DNA of 64,000 bases from Spirochaetia bacterium (GTDB lineage: Bacteria > Spirochaetota > Spirochaetia > CADAEX01): contig CAXXHA010000011.1 of NCBI GenBank assembly GCA_963662265.2, forward strand, positions 1 to 64,000, in the 5' to 3' direction. The number at the start of each line of letters is the position of its first letter. Position 1 is the first letter of the stretch. The notes beneath the pieces were generated by a model. It did no database searches. It was not told where the DNA came from and was given only the letters and a program-made list of their open reading frames with translations. Made by a program: the position numbers and the translations under genes. Below, one piece after another: positions 1 to 10,575 of this stretch.

Positions 1-1470
1 ATCCAGGCTGTTCCATATACTAAGTGCGCTTTCAACTGCTTTATCAAAACTCTGATCCGGATTTCTCAGATCCACAGGCATCCATTTGATACCGTCATGT
101 TCTATTAAAATATCTGAATGTGAGATGACATTTTCCTTATTAAGTGCAAAAGCTGCAAAGCATGCATCAGGTGTTGTGGCTAATGCTGTTTTCATATCAG
201 TTGCCTGCATGAGTGAACAGAAAAGTATTGACAGTTCGCTTGAGTCGCCTTTCCTGTCTGCGGCTGATTCTGCAGGATAGTTTATCTGATCAACAGGATA
301 TGGCTTTTTTATGTGCAGCTGATACGGGGTTTTTTCATCAGAAAAGTATTTTATTTCTCCGATATCAATTGTCTTGTAAAGGGCAAGTGCCTTTAGAATT
401 TCATCCGGTACGGGAATCCTTGATTTGTCTTTTATTGAATTAATAGTATTTTGAGTCAATGAAATAATATCTGAATCTTCAGGTGTTATAAAAACAGATA
501 CTTTATAGGGATCGTCCCATCTTATCGAATTCTGATTATATATTATCAGATCGTATTTTATTTTTTCCTTATAGAACCAGTCATTATAATTATATCTGAC
601 AAGGGCATTCAGTGGAGCTGTTATAAAATCCTTCCCTTCTGAAGCTGTTTTAAGAAGCAGGTTGAATTCCGGATAGTACAGAGCTGTGGCTTTTTCTTTA
701 TACTTCATTACAGACGGACCGTCAGAATAGACAGTATCATCCATGTATTTTTTCAGCTTTAATTCATACTTAATATCGCTGGCATCATATTGTTCCACAT
801 TCTGGATTTCTGCTGTGATAACCGGTATTGTGTTGTGATAATTTATTAAAGAAGGAAATATCTCAATAGAACTGCTGTCTTTAACCTGTACAGCATGTGT
901 GGAATCAAGGTTGATAAAATACGATCCTTTTGCTGTGAATCTGTATCCCTGATAAAGGGAATTGTGATTTACATAGGAAAAACCGAGTCCTGCGCTCCAT
1001 TCCTGGTTTATTCTCCAGGAAAGGTCCCCGCCTCCTGAATAGTAAAAACCTCCGGAACTTTCACCCTTGCTGATTCCGCTGTTAATGACGCTGTGAGAGT
1101 AGCCGATCATTGAATCAAGTTTCAGCAGCAGCCTCTCAGTGAGGTTCAGGTTAATACCAAGTCCTCCATAACCAACATAAGTGCTTAAGGATATGAGAGC
1201 TTTAATAGGTATAAGATCATATTCCCCCCCTGCGAAAAATGAAATATAGGGGAAATATTTTAACCTGTAATCAGCATGCAGTCTGTTTAGAAATCCGGTT
1301 TTATACAGTTCAGCGTCATCTGGTACAGGTATTGTCAATCCGGGATAGGTATCTATGCTTATTATATCATCAGGTTCCTGTTCATTATCTACAGGTTCAG
1401 CAGCTGCATTTGCAGTTGCAATGAAGAGAATTAAAGTTAATATTAAATAAAAAAACATTTGTTTTAACAT
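1..1470 (-). CDS. Exported protein, 3'-partial: signal peptide, possible beta-barrel region, degenerate transglutaminase-like domain
   Basis: Absent from the ORF track (no stop in window). Manual translation from ATG 1470 is open to base 1: MLKQMFFYLILTLILFIATANAAA...NSIRWDDPYKVSVFITPED...DQINYPAESAADRKGDSSELSILFCSLM...WMPVD. Confidence 0.75.
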   Translation of the reverse strand, partial: MLKQMFFYLILTLILFIATANAAAEPVDNEQEPDDIISIDTYPGLTIPVPDDAELYKTGFLNRLHADYRLKYFPYISFFAGGEYDLIPIKALISLSTYVGYGGLGINLNLTERLLLKLDSMIGYSHSVINSGISKGESSGGFYYSGGGDLSWRINQEWSAGLGFSYVNHNSLYQGYRFTAKGSYFINLDSTHAVQVKDSSSIEIFPSLINYHNTIPVITAEIQNVEQYDASDIKYELKLKKYMDDTVYSDGPSVMKYKEKATALYYPEFNLLLKTASEGKDFITAPLNALVRYNYNDWFYKEKIKYDLIIYNQNSIRWDDPYKVSVFITPEDSDIISLTQNTINSIKDKSRIPVPDEILKALALYKTIDIGEIKYFSDEKTPYQLHIKKPYPVDQINYPAESAADRKGDSSELSILFCSLMQATDMKTALATTPDACFAAFALNKENVISHSDILIEHDGIKWMPVDLRNPDQSFDKAVESALSIWNSLD

Positions 1471-1600
1471 TTTCGGAACCTGTTTTAATTTGATTTAACC
1501 ACTATTCTAATTTATAATTACTAAAAATATTATTATATGTTTTACTACTTGTAAAGAAATCTCTTTCAGACTTGAAAAATAATTAAAAACCGGAGTAATT

Positions 1601-3897
1601 ATGTTTAAAAAATATTATTTGTTTTATTTTATTTTTCCCATCTTTCTGTTTCTTGTATCCTGCGGCGGCGGCGATACTCAGAGTACTTCTGTTTCAGCTG
1701 TTGATATTCCGAAGAATACCCAGGGGCTTATAACTTTCACTACAGGTGATGTTCAGAAATTACAGAACAATGAATGGTCTGAGGCTGAAATAAACGACTT
1801 TATTGAAAAGGGTGATACGGTAAAAGTTGAATCAGATTCATTCTGTGAAATACAGTTCGGAAACAGGGCAGTAATAAAAATTGAGGAAAATACAGAACTT
1901 GTTATTCCTTCTCTCAATACAAATCAGGGAAGTTCTGAAATAGGTATTAAAATGCTGGCAGGAACTGTCCTCTCAAAGGTTAATAAACTTGCAGCAGAAG
2001 AATCCTTCTCTGTGCAGACAAAGACAGCAGCATGCGGTGTAAGAGGTACACAGTTTATGGTATCAACCGAAGGGGGAACAGATACCCTTCTGGCAGTTAA
2101 GGAGGGCTCTGTTGTTCTTGTTCCAACAAGATTTGATCTGGAAGGTTTAAAAGAAAAAATACCGGCAGACAGGGCTGATCTTATCAGCGCACTCAATAAT
2201 ATTGAAGAATCATTTACTGTTGTTAATGCTGATGAGGAAATAGAGGTGAGTCCTGAAGATATGAGCCGTATTGAAAGGACTTATGATGATCTTGAAAATG
2301 CAGTATCTGAAATAGCGGAAAAAGATGATGAGACTTCTGCAGGCAAAGTTAAATCCCTGTCTCAGCTCCTTGTCAGGGAACTTGCTTCTACTGTTCCGTT
2401 AACAGAAAAACACAGAAATGAAATGGAATATCTTGACAGTATGGTTATACGTGAACTTCCTGAAAACGGGGGAAACAGGTATTACTGATAAACTTGTTAA
2501 AGTCTCGGTTTCTGTAGATATTCCGGATGCTCAGATAATAAGAAACAGGCAGGTTATAGGTAAGGGTGAATTTTCTGCAATAGTCGGTAACGGAGAAGAG
2601 GTGTCTCTTGTTATCAGGAAAAGAGGCTATTTTGAAAAATCTCTCACATTTACAGCAGATAAGGATAAAGACAATAAATATGAAGTAATACTTGAAAAAG
2701 ATCCAGAGGCAAAAGAATTTGCAGAGATAACAATAAAATCTGTCCCGGAAGATGCTGAAATTGTTATTGACGGTGTTGCTGAAGGGAGCGGAACTGTCAA
2801 GAAGGAGATGCTTTCTGACAGGGCATACAGTATTCTTGTCAGGAAAAACGGTTTTCAGAAGAAATATCAGAATATAGTGAATCCAAAAGAGGATAAGACA
2901 GTTGAGATAAAGCTTCTCCCTTCAATTGAAAGGAGAATAAAAGTTTCCAACGGGGCTCTGACCGGATATACAGTTTTTTCAGATAATAAAGTTTTTACAG
3001 CAGATACATATGGTGAAGTTGCTGCCTCTGATCCGGGAGGGAAAATTATCTGGAAACAGCAGACAGGAAATACTCCCAATGAGAGGGCTTTTCCTGTTGC
3101 ACATAGCGGAAGGATCTATTTTTCAGGCGCAAATGAATTTATAGTTTCTGATGCAGCATCCGGATCAGTTATTAATTCATTATTTCTCGATGCTGAAGAG
3201 AGTCATGTATTCGGCCGGAGAGTTGTATTTGCCGGGGATACAGGTATATATCCTGCAAATACTTCCATTAAAAAGTTTTCTCTCCAGACCGGAGATTTCC
3301 TGGATAGTATAGAGATACCAGGCGGTACAAGAATGACTCCGGGATATACCGGTAATGAACTGCTGATTGTCAACCAGAAGGGTGTTTTTTACAGAATTGA
3401 TTCCGGGACTGGAAATATCAACTCATCAATACAGACTGAAGCGGTTCAGCCTGTTGTAAACAATTGTAACTGTGCATGATGGTAAAGCTTATTTTAACGG
3501 GAGAAAAGGGAGGATTGTCTGTATAGATCTTGCATCTGACAGTATCAGATGGACTTCTGAAACTGTCCCCGGAAAAACTGTAATGATTACAGGCGATCTA
3601 CAGTGCAGCGGAAAAGCCCTGTTTGCATATACAGGAGGGCGTATTTATATAGTCTCATCAGACACAGGCAAGAAGCTTTCCTCTCCTGTTTCCGGTGTAT
3701 CATCTCCCCCTGTTGCTGCAGGGAGAAGGCTTTATTATGGTACAAAGAGCGGGTTATTTGTAACAGCAGATGCTGATACCGGAAAGACTGTTGATACAAT
3801 AAATATACAGGCTGAAATAACATCAAGTCCTGTCTATTCAGCTGGTAAGGTATATGCAGGGACATCGGAAGGCGAGGTTCTTGTTCTCAATCCCTAG
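1601..3897 (+). CDS. FecR-domain lipoprotein with PEGA repeats and PQQ/BamB-like beta-propeller; two apparent frameshifts (~2470, ~3459)
   Basis: Lipobox LVSC; FecR motif TKTAACGVRGTQF; PEGA-like SVPEDAEIVIDG; propeller repeats ending VYAGTSEGEVLVL. Three ORFs (1601-2488, 2418-3479, 3472-3897) join at short G and A runs. Confidence 0.7.
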
Positions 3898-3969
3898 ATA
3901 ATAACATGTTTGCAGGGAGCCTGATCAGCTTAATAAAGCTGTATCATATATATTAAAATATTTTACATC

Positions 3970-4000
3970 AAAAAACCTCTTCGAAGTGAAGAGGTTTTTT
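3970..4000. terminator. Bidirectional intrinsic terminator
   Basis: AAAAAACCTCTTC-GAAGT-GAAGAGGTTTTTT between convergent genes. Confidence 0.85.
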
Positions 4001-4044
4001 GTTTATCAGTTGACCTGTTATTAGTAGAGAATAAAATAACCAGG

Positions 4045-4473
4045 TTATCTTATAATCATGACATTTGTTTTTGCATTATGAAGAACCTTGCTGCTTACGC
4101 TGCCGAGAAGGAACCCATGTACTTTTCCCATTCTTCTGCTGCCCATTATTATCAGGTCGAATTTTTCCCTTTCAGAATAACTGCATATTATATCAGACGG
4201 TACTCCTGATAATACTTCAGTCTGAGTCTTGATTCCGCTGTTCTCGAATTTCTTTTTTGCATCTTCAACAGCAGCAGAGAAGAAACTTTCCTTATCTTTT
4301 TTTACAACATTGGCTACATCTATAGGGATGTTGGAAAAATAGGAATGTTCCCCCTCTTCAACTACTGCAAGAACAGTAACTTCTGATCCCAATGCTGATG
4401 CAAGTTTGATTGCTTCTGCAATTACATTTTCTGCATGTTTTGAGCCGTCTGTAGTAACAAGTATTTTATACAT
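4045..4473 (-). CDS. Universal stress protein (UspA family)
   Basis: MYKILVTTDGS...DLIIMGSRRMG...LLGSVSSKVLH; RBS AAAGGAG before ATG 4473. Confidence 0.92.
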   Translation of the reverse strand: MYKILVTTDGSKHAENVIAEAIKLASALGSEVTVLAVVEEGEHSYFSNIPIDVANVVKKDKESFFSAAVEDAKKKFENSGIKTQTEVLSGVPSDIICSYSEREKFDLIIMGSRRMGKVHGFLLGSVSSKVLHNAKTNVMIIR

Positions 4474-4884
4474 TCTAAATACTCCTTTCACTGATAATAC
4501 ATATGGTTCCGAACTGCGGTTTGACGGAATGTTCCGGAAGCATCAGAATTAAGATAAATTGATTGGTTACAGTTTTTCATGCTTCAATGTATTCTGAAGG
4601 AAGACTGAACATTTCATAACAGCTTATTCGGTTATATAAAGGAACTTTCCTGACAGGTATTCCCTTAAATTCCTTGGATAATCCGGGTTATCAGATTCAG
4701 CATTACTGTAAGCTGTATGCAGAGCTACTTGCATAAGGAGGTTTTATATTTCCCGGGTCAGCCGTGTTTCGTTCATACCGGGGATGCCGTTGTGTTTTAT
4801 AAAATCACAGAACATAAGCTGTTTTATAACGAAACATCCAATACTAAGGGATGTAATAAAAATAAGTAAAACAGTCCTAGTAAT

Positions 4885-4913
4885 AGGATAGAATAGGTTA
4901 AATTCCGTGTCAA
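4885..4913 (-). promoter_or_regulatory. Candidate sigma-70 promoter facing uspA
   Basis: Minus strand TTGACA-17 nt-TATCCT. Confidence 0.45.
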
Positions 4914-5190
4914 GAAAAAAGCTGTACTTAATGAACATAATGTTACAAAAGTGATAATCATTTTTTCTGATGCAGAAAAGGAAATTGCAAATAAAATAAA
5001 AATATAGCATAATATTATATCGAATCACCGTAATCAGGTTGTTTCTGTATATTGATTCAGCAGTTTTGAAATAATTAAGTTTTCTATACTGCTGATTTCC
5101 TATATAATGGGATCAGGGTAAGCTGACGGGAGTATCTGCTTCTGATCAGTTTTACTTTTTATGCCTATAAAACGATTTAAGGACAGTATT

Positions 5191-5667
5191 ATGGAATTAG
5201 AAGATAATTTGCAGATTGTTACATTTTTCCTCGGTAAAGAGCAGTATGGCATAGATATTATGCAGGTTGACGGGATTGTCAGGGAACAGGAAATCAGGGA
5301 CCTGCCTAATGCGCCCGCTTTTGTTGAAGGTATTTTTAATTTAAGAGGAGATATTCTTCCTGTAATAAATCTTCATAAGAGATTTCAGATAGAAAGACTG
5401 AAAAGTGATGAAGCAGATGAACTTTTGAGCGGTTTGATTATCATAAAAGTCAGCAATATGAAAATAGCTGTCCGGATAGACAAGGTGTCAAGAGTTGTCA
5501 CAATAGGCAAGGGTAAAATCCAGCCACCTCCTCAGATGATTAAAGGGATAGGCAGTGAATATATTCAGGGTGTTGCATCGATTGATGATAATTATCTGAT
5601 TATTCTTGATGTTGAAAGACTGTTTGCCCTGAAAGAGCTTAAACAGCTTGAAATGATGAGGAGATAA
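5191..5667 (+). CDS. cheW: Chemotaxis adaptor CheW
   Basis: LQIVTFFLGKEQYGIDIMQV...GIFNLRGDILPVINL; in-frame upstream ATG at 5161. Confidence 0.93.
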   Translation: MELEDNLQIVTFFLGKEQYGIDIMQVDGIVREQEIRDLPNAPAFVEGIFNLRGDILPVINLHKRFQIERLKSDEADELLSGLIIIKVSNMKIAVRIDKVSRVVTIGKGKIQPPPQMIKGIGSEYIQGVASIDDNYLIILDVERLFALKELKQLEMMRR

Positions 5668-5688
5668 AAGCAGTTAAGGAATTATAGA

Positions 5689-6702
5689 ATGAGCATCAGA
5701 ACTTTTAAACCGTTTATCAGCAGAAAAGACATGGATTCCGTGCTGACTACACTGGTAGGCGAGGAAATAGGTTGCGGTAATATAAACACAGAATTATCCG
5801 CATCTTTATCTGAATATATTGGAGTGGAAAGCGGCTTTGTCTTCAGGGAATATGAAAGGGGAATAGAAGCTGTTTTAAAAGCGCTCTGCCTTGAAGAAGG
5901 TGACAGGGTCGCAGTATCTGCTCTCAGTTCTTGTTATTACAAGAGAGTAATGGATTCTCTTAATATAGAAGCTGTATTGATAGATACAGTTCCTGAAACA
6001 GGTATTATTTCTCTCGAAAAAGTAAACGAAATATCAGATCAGGTAAAGGCTGTTGTTATAGATTCCCCTTTCGGAGTATCGCCTGATTACCAGGATCTTG
6101 ATGAAGATATAATTGTAATAGAAGATATTTCAAATACCTTCGGCGGAGGATTTGAAGAGAGTAAAAACGGAAGCAGTGCAGATTATGTTGTAATGAACCT
6201 TGATCCAGAAAGGATAATAACTGCAGGATGCGGAGTTTATACCGCAGCAGGTAATAAAAAAGGAAAGGACAGGCTGAAAAAAGTTTCAGCAGAGATGGGC
6301 AGGGATAAATTTCTTCCTGACATGAACTGTGCACTTGCTCTGTCTCTTTTATCAACAGTTGATAAATATAACAGCATACGAATTGAGATTGCTGAAAACT
6401 ATAGAAATGCAATCATGAAAACAAAGCATAAAACTGTTGTTCACAGGGAAAACAGTATTCCTGTATATCCGTTTTTCCCTGTCATAGCTGGTTCCAGTAC
6501 CAGGGAAATTATTAAATATGCTTCAAAAAAGAAAATTGATGTTGCTGAAGCTTTTGAAGACTCTATAATTGCCAGATATGAAACAGACAGCTGTCCCGAG
6601 GCTGCAAACCTGAAACTCAGAACCCTTCTTTTTCCTCTTTATCCGAATCTGGGAAAGACAAATATTGAGAATATTGTTAAAGTTCTTACAACCCTCCCTT
6701 AA
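5689..6702 (+). CDS. DegT/DnrJ/EryC1/StrS aminotransferase-fold protein, degenerate active site
   Basis: IIVIEDIS, ITAGCG and C-terminal LLFPLYPNL motifs; no Lys at the PLP position. Confidence 0.75.
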   Translation: MSIRTFKPFISRKDMDSVLTTLVGEEIGCGNINTELSASLSEYIGVESGFVFREYERGIEAVLKALCLEEGDRVAVSALSSCYYKRVMDSLNIEAVLIDTVPETGIISLEKVNEISDQVKAVVIDSPFGVSPDYQDLDEDIIVIEDISNTFGGGFEESKNGSSADYVVMNLDPERIITAGCGVYTAAGNKKGKDRLKKVSAEMGRDKFLPDMNCALALSLLSTVDKYNSIRIEIAENYRNAIMKTKHKTVVHRENSIPVYPFFPVIAGSSTREIIKYASKKKIDVAEAFEDSIIARYETDSCPEAANLKLRTLLFPLYPNLGKTNIENIVKVLTTLP

Positions 6703-6721
6703 CAAGGAATAACACAGCAAT

Positions 6722-7573
6722 ATGGAAATAACGGGAAAAATATTTATTATCTACAACCCCGAAAAGATTGGCTCCGATAATATGGCTGAGGTTATATTTT
6801 CTTTTCTGAGTGAAAAGGGGATAAAATCTGTAATTTATAATATTGATGAAATTGATGATAAATTTGAAGCGGAAAACTGTAATCTCGTTATAACACTTGG
6901 TGGGGATGGTACTGTTTTAAAGTGCTCCAGGTATTTTTCGAAAGAAAATATCCCGATACTTGCAGTCAATTTCGGGGATATAGGATTTATAACTGAAGTC
7001 GAACAATGTGAATGGAAACAGGCTGTAGAGGATTTTCTGGCCGGTATTTATGATATAAAAGCCCACCTGATGATTGATGTGAAAGTTTTCAGGGACGGGA
7101 AGAAAGTATATGAAGAAACAGGCCTTAATGACGGTGTAATTTCTGCAGGAAATATTGCGAAAATAGTAAAGCTGAATGTTTTTGTGGAAGAAACAGAAAT
7201 AGGTGAATACAGGGCAGACGGTATTATTATTGCAACAGCAACAGGGTCGACAGCTTACTCTGCAGCGGCAGGGGGGCCTCTTCTTTATCCTGATATGGAT
7301 GCATTTATTCTTACCCCCATATGTCCCTATTCGCTTTCAAGCAGGGCTCTTGTTTTTCCTGCAGACAAGGAACTGACTGTTGAAGTCAGGCAGGAACAGA
7401 GAACGGAGCTGCTTCTGACAGTAGACGGTCAGGAAGCATTTCCTGTAGTAAAGGGTGATGTTGTCACTTTCAACAGGGGGAATTTCAGGACATTGATTCT
7501 TAAGTCAAGGGAAAACCATTTTTTCAAGAAAGTTAAAACAAAGCTTAACTGGTCCGGAGGCCCTAATGGTTGA
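6722..7573 (+). CDS. nadK: NAD(+) kinase
   Basis: GGDGT, LND, DGIIIATATGSTAYSAAAGGP motifs. Confidence 0.95.
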   Translation: MEITGKIFIIYNPEKIGSDNMAEVIFSFLSEKGIKSVIYNIDEIDDKFEAENCNLVITLGGDGTVLKCSRYFSKENIPILAVNFGDIGFITEVEQCEWKQAVEDFLAGIYDIKAHLMIDVKVFRDGKKVYEETGLNDGVISAGNIAKIVKLNVFVEETEIGEYRADGIIIATATGSTAYSAAAGGPLLYPDMDAFILTPICPYSLSSRALVFPADKELTVEVRQEQRTELLLTVDGQEAFPVVKGDVVTFNRGNFRTLILKSRENHFFKKVKTKLNWSGGPNG

Positions 7574-9248
7574 GGAACTGCTGATCAAGAACTATGCGCT
7601 GATAGATAACCTCAGAATTGAATTCCGAGAGGGGTTCAATGTTCTTACAGGCGAATCGGGAAGCGGAAAATCTCTTGTTGCAGGTGCTCTTGCGCAGCTG
7701 CGGGGGGGGAAGAATAATCCGGATATTATACGGCACGGAAAAGACAGTGCCGAGGTTTCAGGCATTTTCAATATCACAGGTAATAAAGATGCTGTTATGT
7801 GGCTTGAAGAAAAAGGTATTGAATATGATGATGAGAGTGTAATAATAAGAAAGGTTGTAAAGAAAAACGGCAGATCGCAAATACAGATCCAGTCTGTACC
7901 TGTCACAAAAAATGATCTTATAGAATTTTCTTCATTAATATTTGATATTCATGGTCAGCATGAACATCATACAGTCATGGATACCTCACGTCAGCGCAGT
8001 CTACTTGACAGCAATGCTTCACTGACAGATCGGGTTGAGAAATTAAAAAAAAGCTATACAGAACTGGGGCAGATTAAAAAAGAGCTAACGTTTATTGAAA
8101 GCTCGGAGCAGGAACGGCTCCGTGAAATTGATATTTTAAAGTTTTCCATAAATGAGATAAGAGAAGCTGATCTGACTCCCGGTGAAGACTCAGAGCTTGA
8201 AAATGAACACAGAATGCTTGTCCAGCATGAAAAGCTTTACAGTGCTGTTGAAGATGTCTACAAGAATCTGTCTGAAAGCTCAGGAGGCGCATTATCGTCT
8301 CTGCGTCTCAGTCTGAATGCTTCGGAAACTGCTGCAGATATTGATTCTGAACTTGAAGATGTTTCTTCACGGCTTTCTGATGCATTTTTCGAGATAGAGG
8401 ATATTTCCGATTCTTTCAGGAATTATCTTCTAAAGGATAATTATTCACCTGAAAGGCTTGCCGAATGTGAAGAGAGGCTTTCTGTAATTCACAGGCTGAG
8501 TAAGAAATACGGCAGTTCTGTTGCAGAGATACTAGATTTCCTCAAAGAGTCTGAGGAAAAACTTGAACGGATAGAAAATTACGAAGAGGACAGGAGCAGT
8601 CTCCAGAAAAAAGCTTCTGATCTTGAACGGGAGATTTTAAGTGAAGCTGAAGCTGTTTCTTCGGTAAGAAAGGAAAACGGGCAGCTTCTTGGGGAGAAGA
8701 TAGAAAAAATACTGAAGAAACTGGGCATGAAGGATGCAGTATTCAGGATCAATGTAGAGCAGAAGAGAAACAGCTCGGGACAGCCTGTCTGCGGACCATG
8801 GGGAATGGATAATGTTGAGTTTATGATTTCTCCGAACAAGGGGGAAACACTAAAGCCAGTTGAGAATATTGCATCCGGAGGTGAGATTTCCAGGATAATG
8901 CTGGCTGTTAAAAGCGTTCTTTCCGAGAAGGATAATGTAAATTCCATGCTTTTTGATGAAATAGATACAGGGATAGGCGGTGAGGTTGCTGTATCACTGG
9001 GCGAACATCTGCAGCTTTTATCGGAAAAGAAGCAGATTATTTGCATAACACATCTTGCCTCAATAGCTGCATCTGCCGATAATCATTTAAAAGCGGAAAA
9101 AAGTGTTGTTGACGGAAGGACTCTTTCAAGTGTTTCCGGTGTAGAAGATGAGAAAAGAGTTTCTGAAATTGCAAGAATGCTTTCAGGCAATATTTCCGGA
9201 AGTATTTCTACCGAACATGCACGGCAACTTCTGGGAAAAAGAGTATAA
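7566..9248 (+). CDS. recN: DNA repair protein RecN
   Basis: LTGESGSGKS, IHGQHE, ASGGEISR, FDEIDTGIGG, CITHL. Confidence 0.96.
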   Translation: MVEELLIKNYALIDNLRIEFREGFNVLTGESGSGKSLVAGALAQLRGGKNNPDIIRHGKDSAEVSGIFNITGNKDAVMWLEEKGIEYDDESVIIRKVVKKNGRSQIQIQSVPVTKNDLIEFSSLIFDIHGQHEHHTVMDTSRQRSLLDSNASLTDRVEKLKKSYTELGQIKKELTFIESSEQERLREIDILKFSINEIREADLTPGEDSELENEHRMLVQHEKLYSAVEDVYKNLSESSGGALSSLRLSLNASETAADIDSELEDVSSRLSDAFFEIEDISDSFRNYLLKDNYSPERLAECEERLSVIHRLSKKYGSSVAEILDFLKESEEKLERIENYEEDRSSLQKKASDLEREILSEAEAVSSVRKENGQLLGEKIEKILKKLGMKDAVFRINVEQKRNSSGQPVCGPWGMDNVEFMISPNKGETLKPVENIASGGEISRIMLAVKSVLSEKDNVNSMLFDEIDTGIGGEVAVSLGEHLQLLSEKKQIICITHLASIAASADNHLKAEKSVVDGRTLSSVSGVEDEKRVSEIARMLSGNISGSISTEHARQLLGKRV

Positions 9249-9258
9249 AGAGGTATAG

Positions 9259-10059
9259 ATGGGAAAAATCAGTCTGGAGGCTAAAAAAAACTACTCAGAA
9301 TATACAAAAAAGTACAAGATTGTTATTGAAGAAATCATTATCAGGGAAAAGGCTCTTGATTATGATATAAAGACAGGCAAGGAAATTGAGGATCTGGAAA
9401 AGAAAAAAATCGATATGGCAGACTGTGTCCTCAATATGGCTTCCTATTATATTCTGCTCAATTCTCTTTCAACAGCACTGCTCGGGATTAAAAATGATAA
9501 TTTCCTGAATGAAGCCCGTAAGGCCAGCTACAGGGCTATTATTTACATGGAAAGTGTTGTTACTGATATGATAGACATACCTTTCTCAGAGCTCAGTGAG
9601 AGTCAGAAAAGTATTTCAGGTTATGATGATAAAAAAAGATACGAGATAGTTAAAAAACTTGGTTTTACCATAGATTCAATAGAAAAGGCGTTCGGAGACA
9701 ATTCGAAATGGAAATGGTCATTTGTAGAACTTGAAGGCAGGTTTGCAACAGTTGCAAAAAACCTGATTGATTTTAAAACCCTGATAAAAGGGATGGATCC
9801 TACTTTAGACGGTTATGAAACAAGGATGTACCACCTGAATATGGTAAAGGAACTGCTTCATTCCGCAGCAACAAGGTACAGGGAAAAGTATGAGCTTAAT
9901 ACTTTCAGAATTGATGATTTTAAACTTGCAATAAGCTATCTCTCCTCCCTCAGAAGACTCCATATCTATCTCGGAGAAACTGCTGATGCCGAAAAAACAA
10001 AGAAAAATATTGATTCCTGGAAAATCAAGATGGAAAAAGATGCTGCAAAGAGTGTCTGA
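9259..10059 (+). CDS. Hypothetical helical protein, spirochaete-type, downstream of recN
   Basis: 266 aa ORF with RBS GAGG; WKWSFVELEGR segment. Confidence 0.8.
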   Translation: MGKISLEAKKNYSEYTKKYKIVIEEIIIREKALDYDIKTGKEIEDLEKKKIDMADCVLNMASYYILLNSLSTALLGIKNDNFLNEARKASYRAIIYMESVVTDMIDIPFSELSESQKSISGYDDKKRYEIVKKLGFTIDSIEKAFGDNSKWKWSFVELEGRFATVAKNLIDFKTLIKGMDPTLDGYETRMYHLNMVKELLHSAATRYREKYELNTFRIDDFKLAISYLSSLRRLHIYLGETADAEKTKKNIDSWKIKMEKDAAKSV

Positions 10060-10100
10060 TATTTATCCGGATCCGGGAAAATAATTTAAAATAAAAAGTT

Positions 10101-10523
10101 TCAGGATATATTACTGTCTTTATTTTCCGCAAGTTCATGCAGTGCATCAAGCGGATATATCTGTTCCATGCTGTATTTTTTAAAGTCCCTGTCTTTCCCT
10201 GCAAAAAAAACGGGAGTATCCTTGCTGAAGAATTCTGACAGGACCTGCCTGCAGGCCCCGCATGGGGGAACCGGGTAATCTGCATCTCTGCAGTATATTG
10301 CAACTGCCTTGAAATCTTTTTTTCCTTTTGAAACTGCTGTAAAAACAGCAGATCGTTCCGCGCAGTTTGTGAGGCCGAACGACCTGTTTTCAACATTAAC
10401 ACCTGTTTCTATTGATCCGTCGCTGCAGAGCAGGGCTGCCCCGACCCTGAAGTTGGAATAGGGAGCATATGCATATTCAGATACTTCCACTGCCTTGTCA
10501 AAAAGTTCTTTTAGCTTATCCAA
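10101..10523 (-). CDS. cdd: Homotetrameric cytidine deaminase
   Basis: AYAPYSNFRVGAAL, NVEN, CAER, PCGACRQ. Confidence 0.95.
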   Translation of the reverse strand: MDKLKELFDKAVEVSEYAYAPYSNFRVGAALLCSDGSIETGVNVENRSFGLTNCAERSAVFTAVSKGKKDFKAVAIYCRDADYPVPPCGACRQVLSEFFSKDTPVFFAGKDRDFKKYSMEQIYPLDALHELAENKDSNIS

Positions 10524-10546
10524 AATATCCTTCCTTTTTTATTTCG

Positions 10547-10575
10547 TTGACACCTCTAATTCTATTATATACAAT
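10547..10575 (+). promoter_or_regulatory. Sigma-70 promoter
   Basis: TTGACA-17 nt-TACAAT. Confidence 0.65.

Noticed and set aside
4620-4705. c-di-AMP riboswitch (GCTGAATC) or RNase P RNA (AGGAAAGT) on the minus strand
   Set aside because: Only short words match; the other conserved blocks are absent.
4744-5028. 94-aa minus-strand ORF
   Set aside because: AT-rich promoter region, F/I/C-biased composition and no RBS.
9075-9082. GCCGATAA inside recN
   Set aside because: No correctly spaced -35 box.
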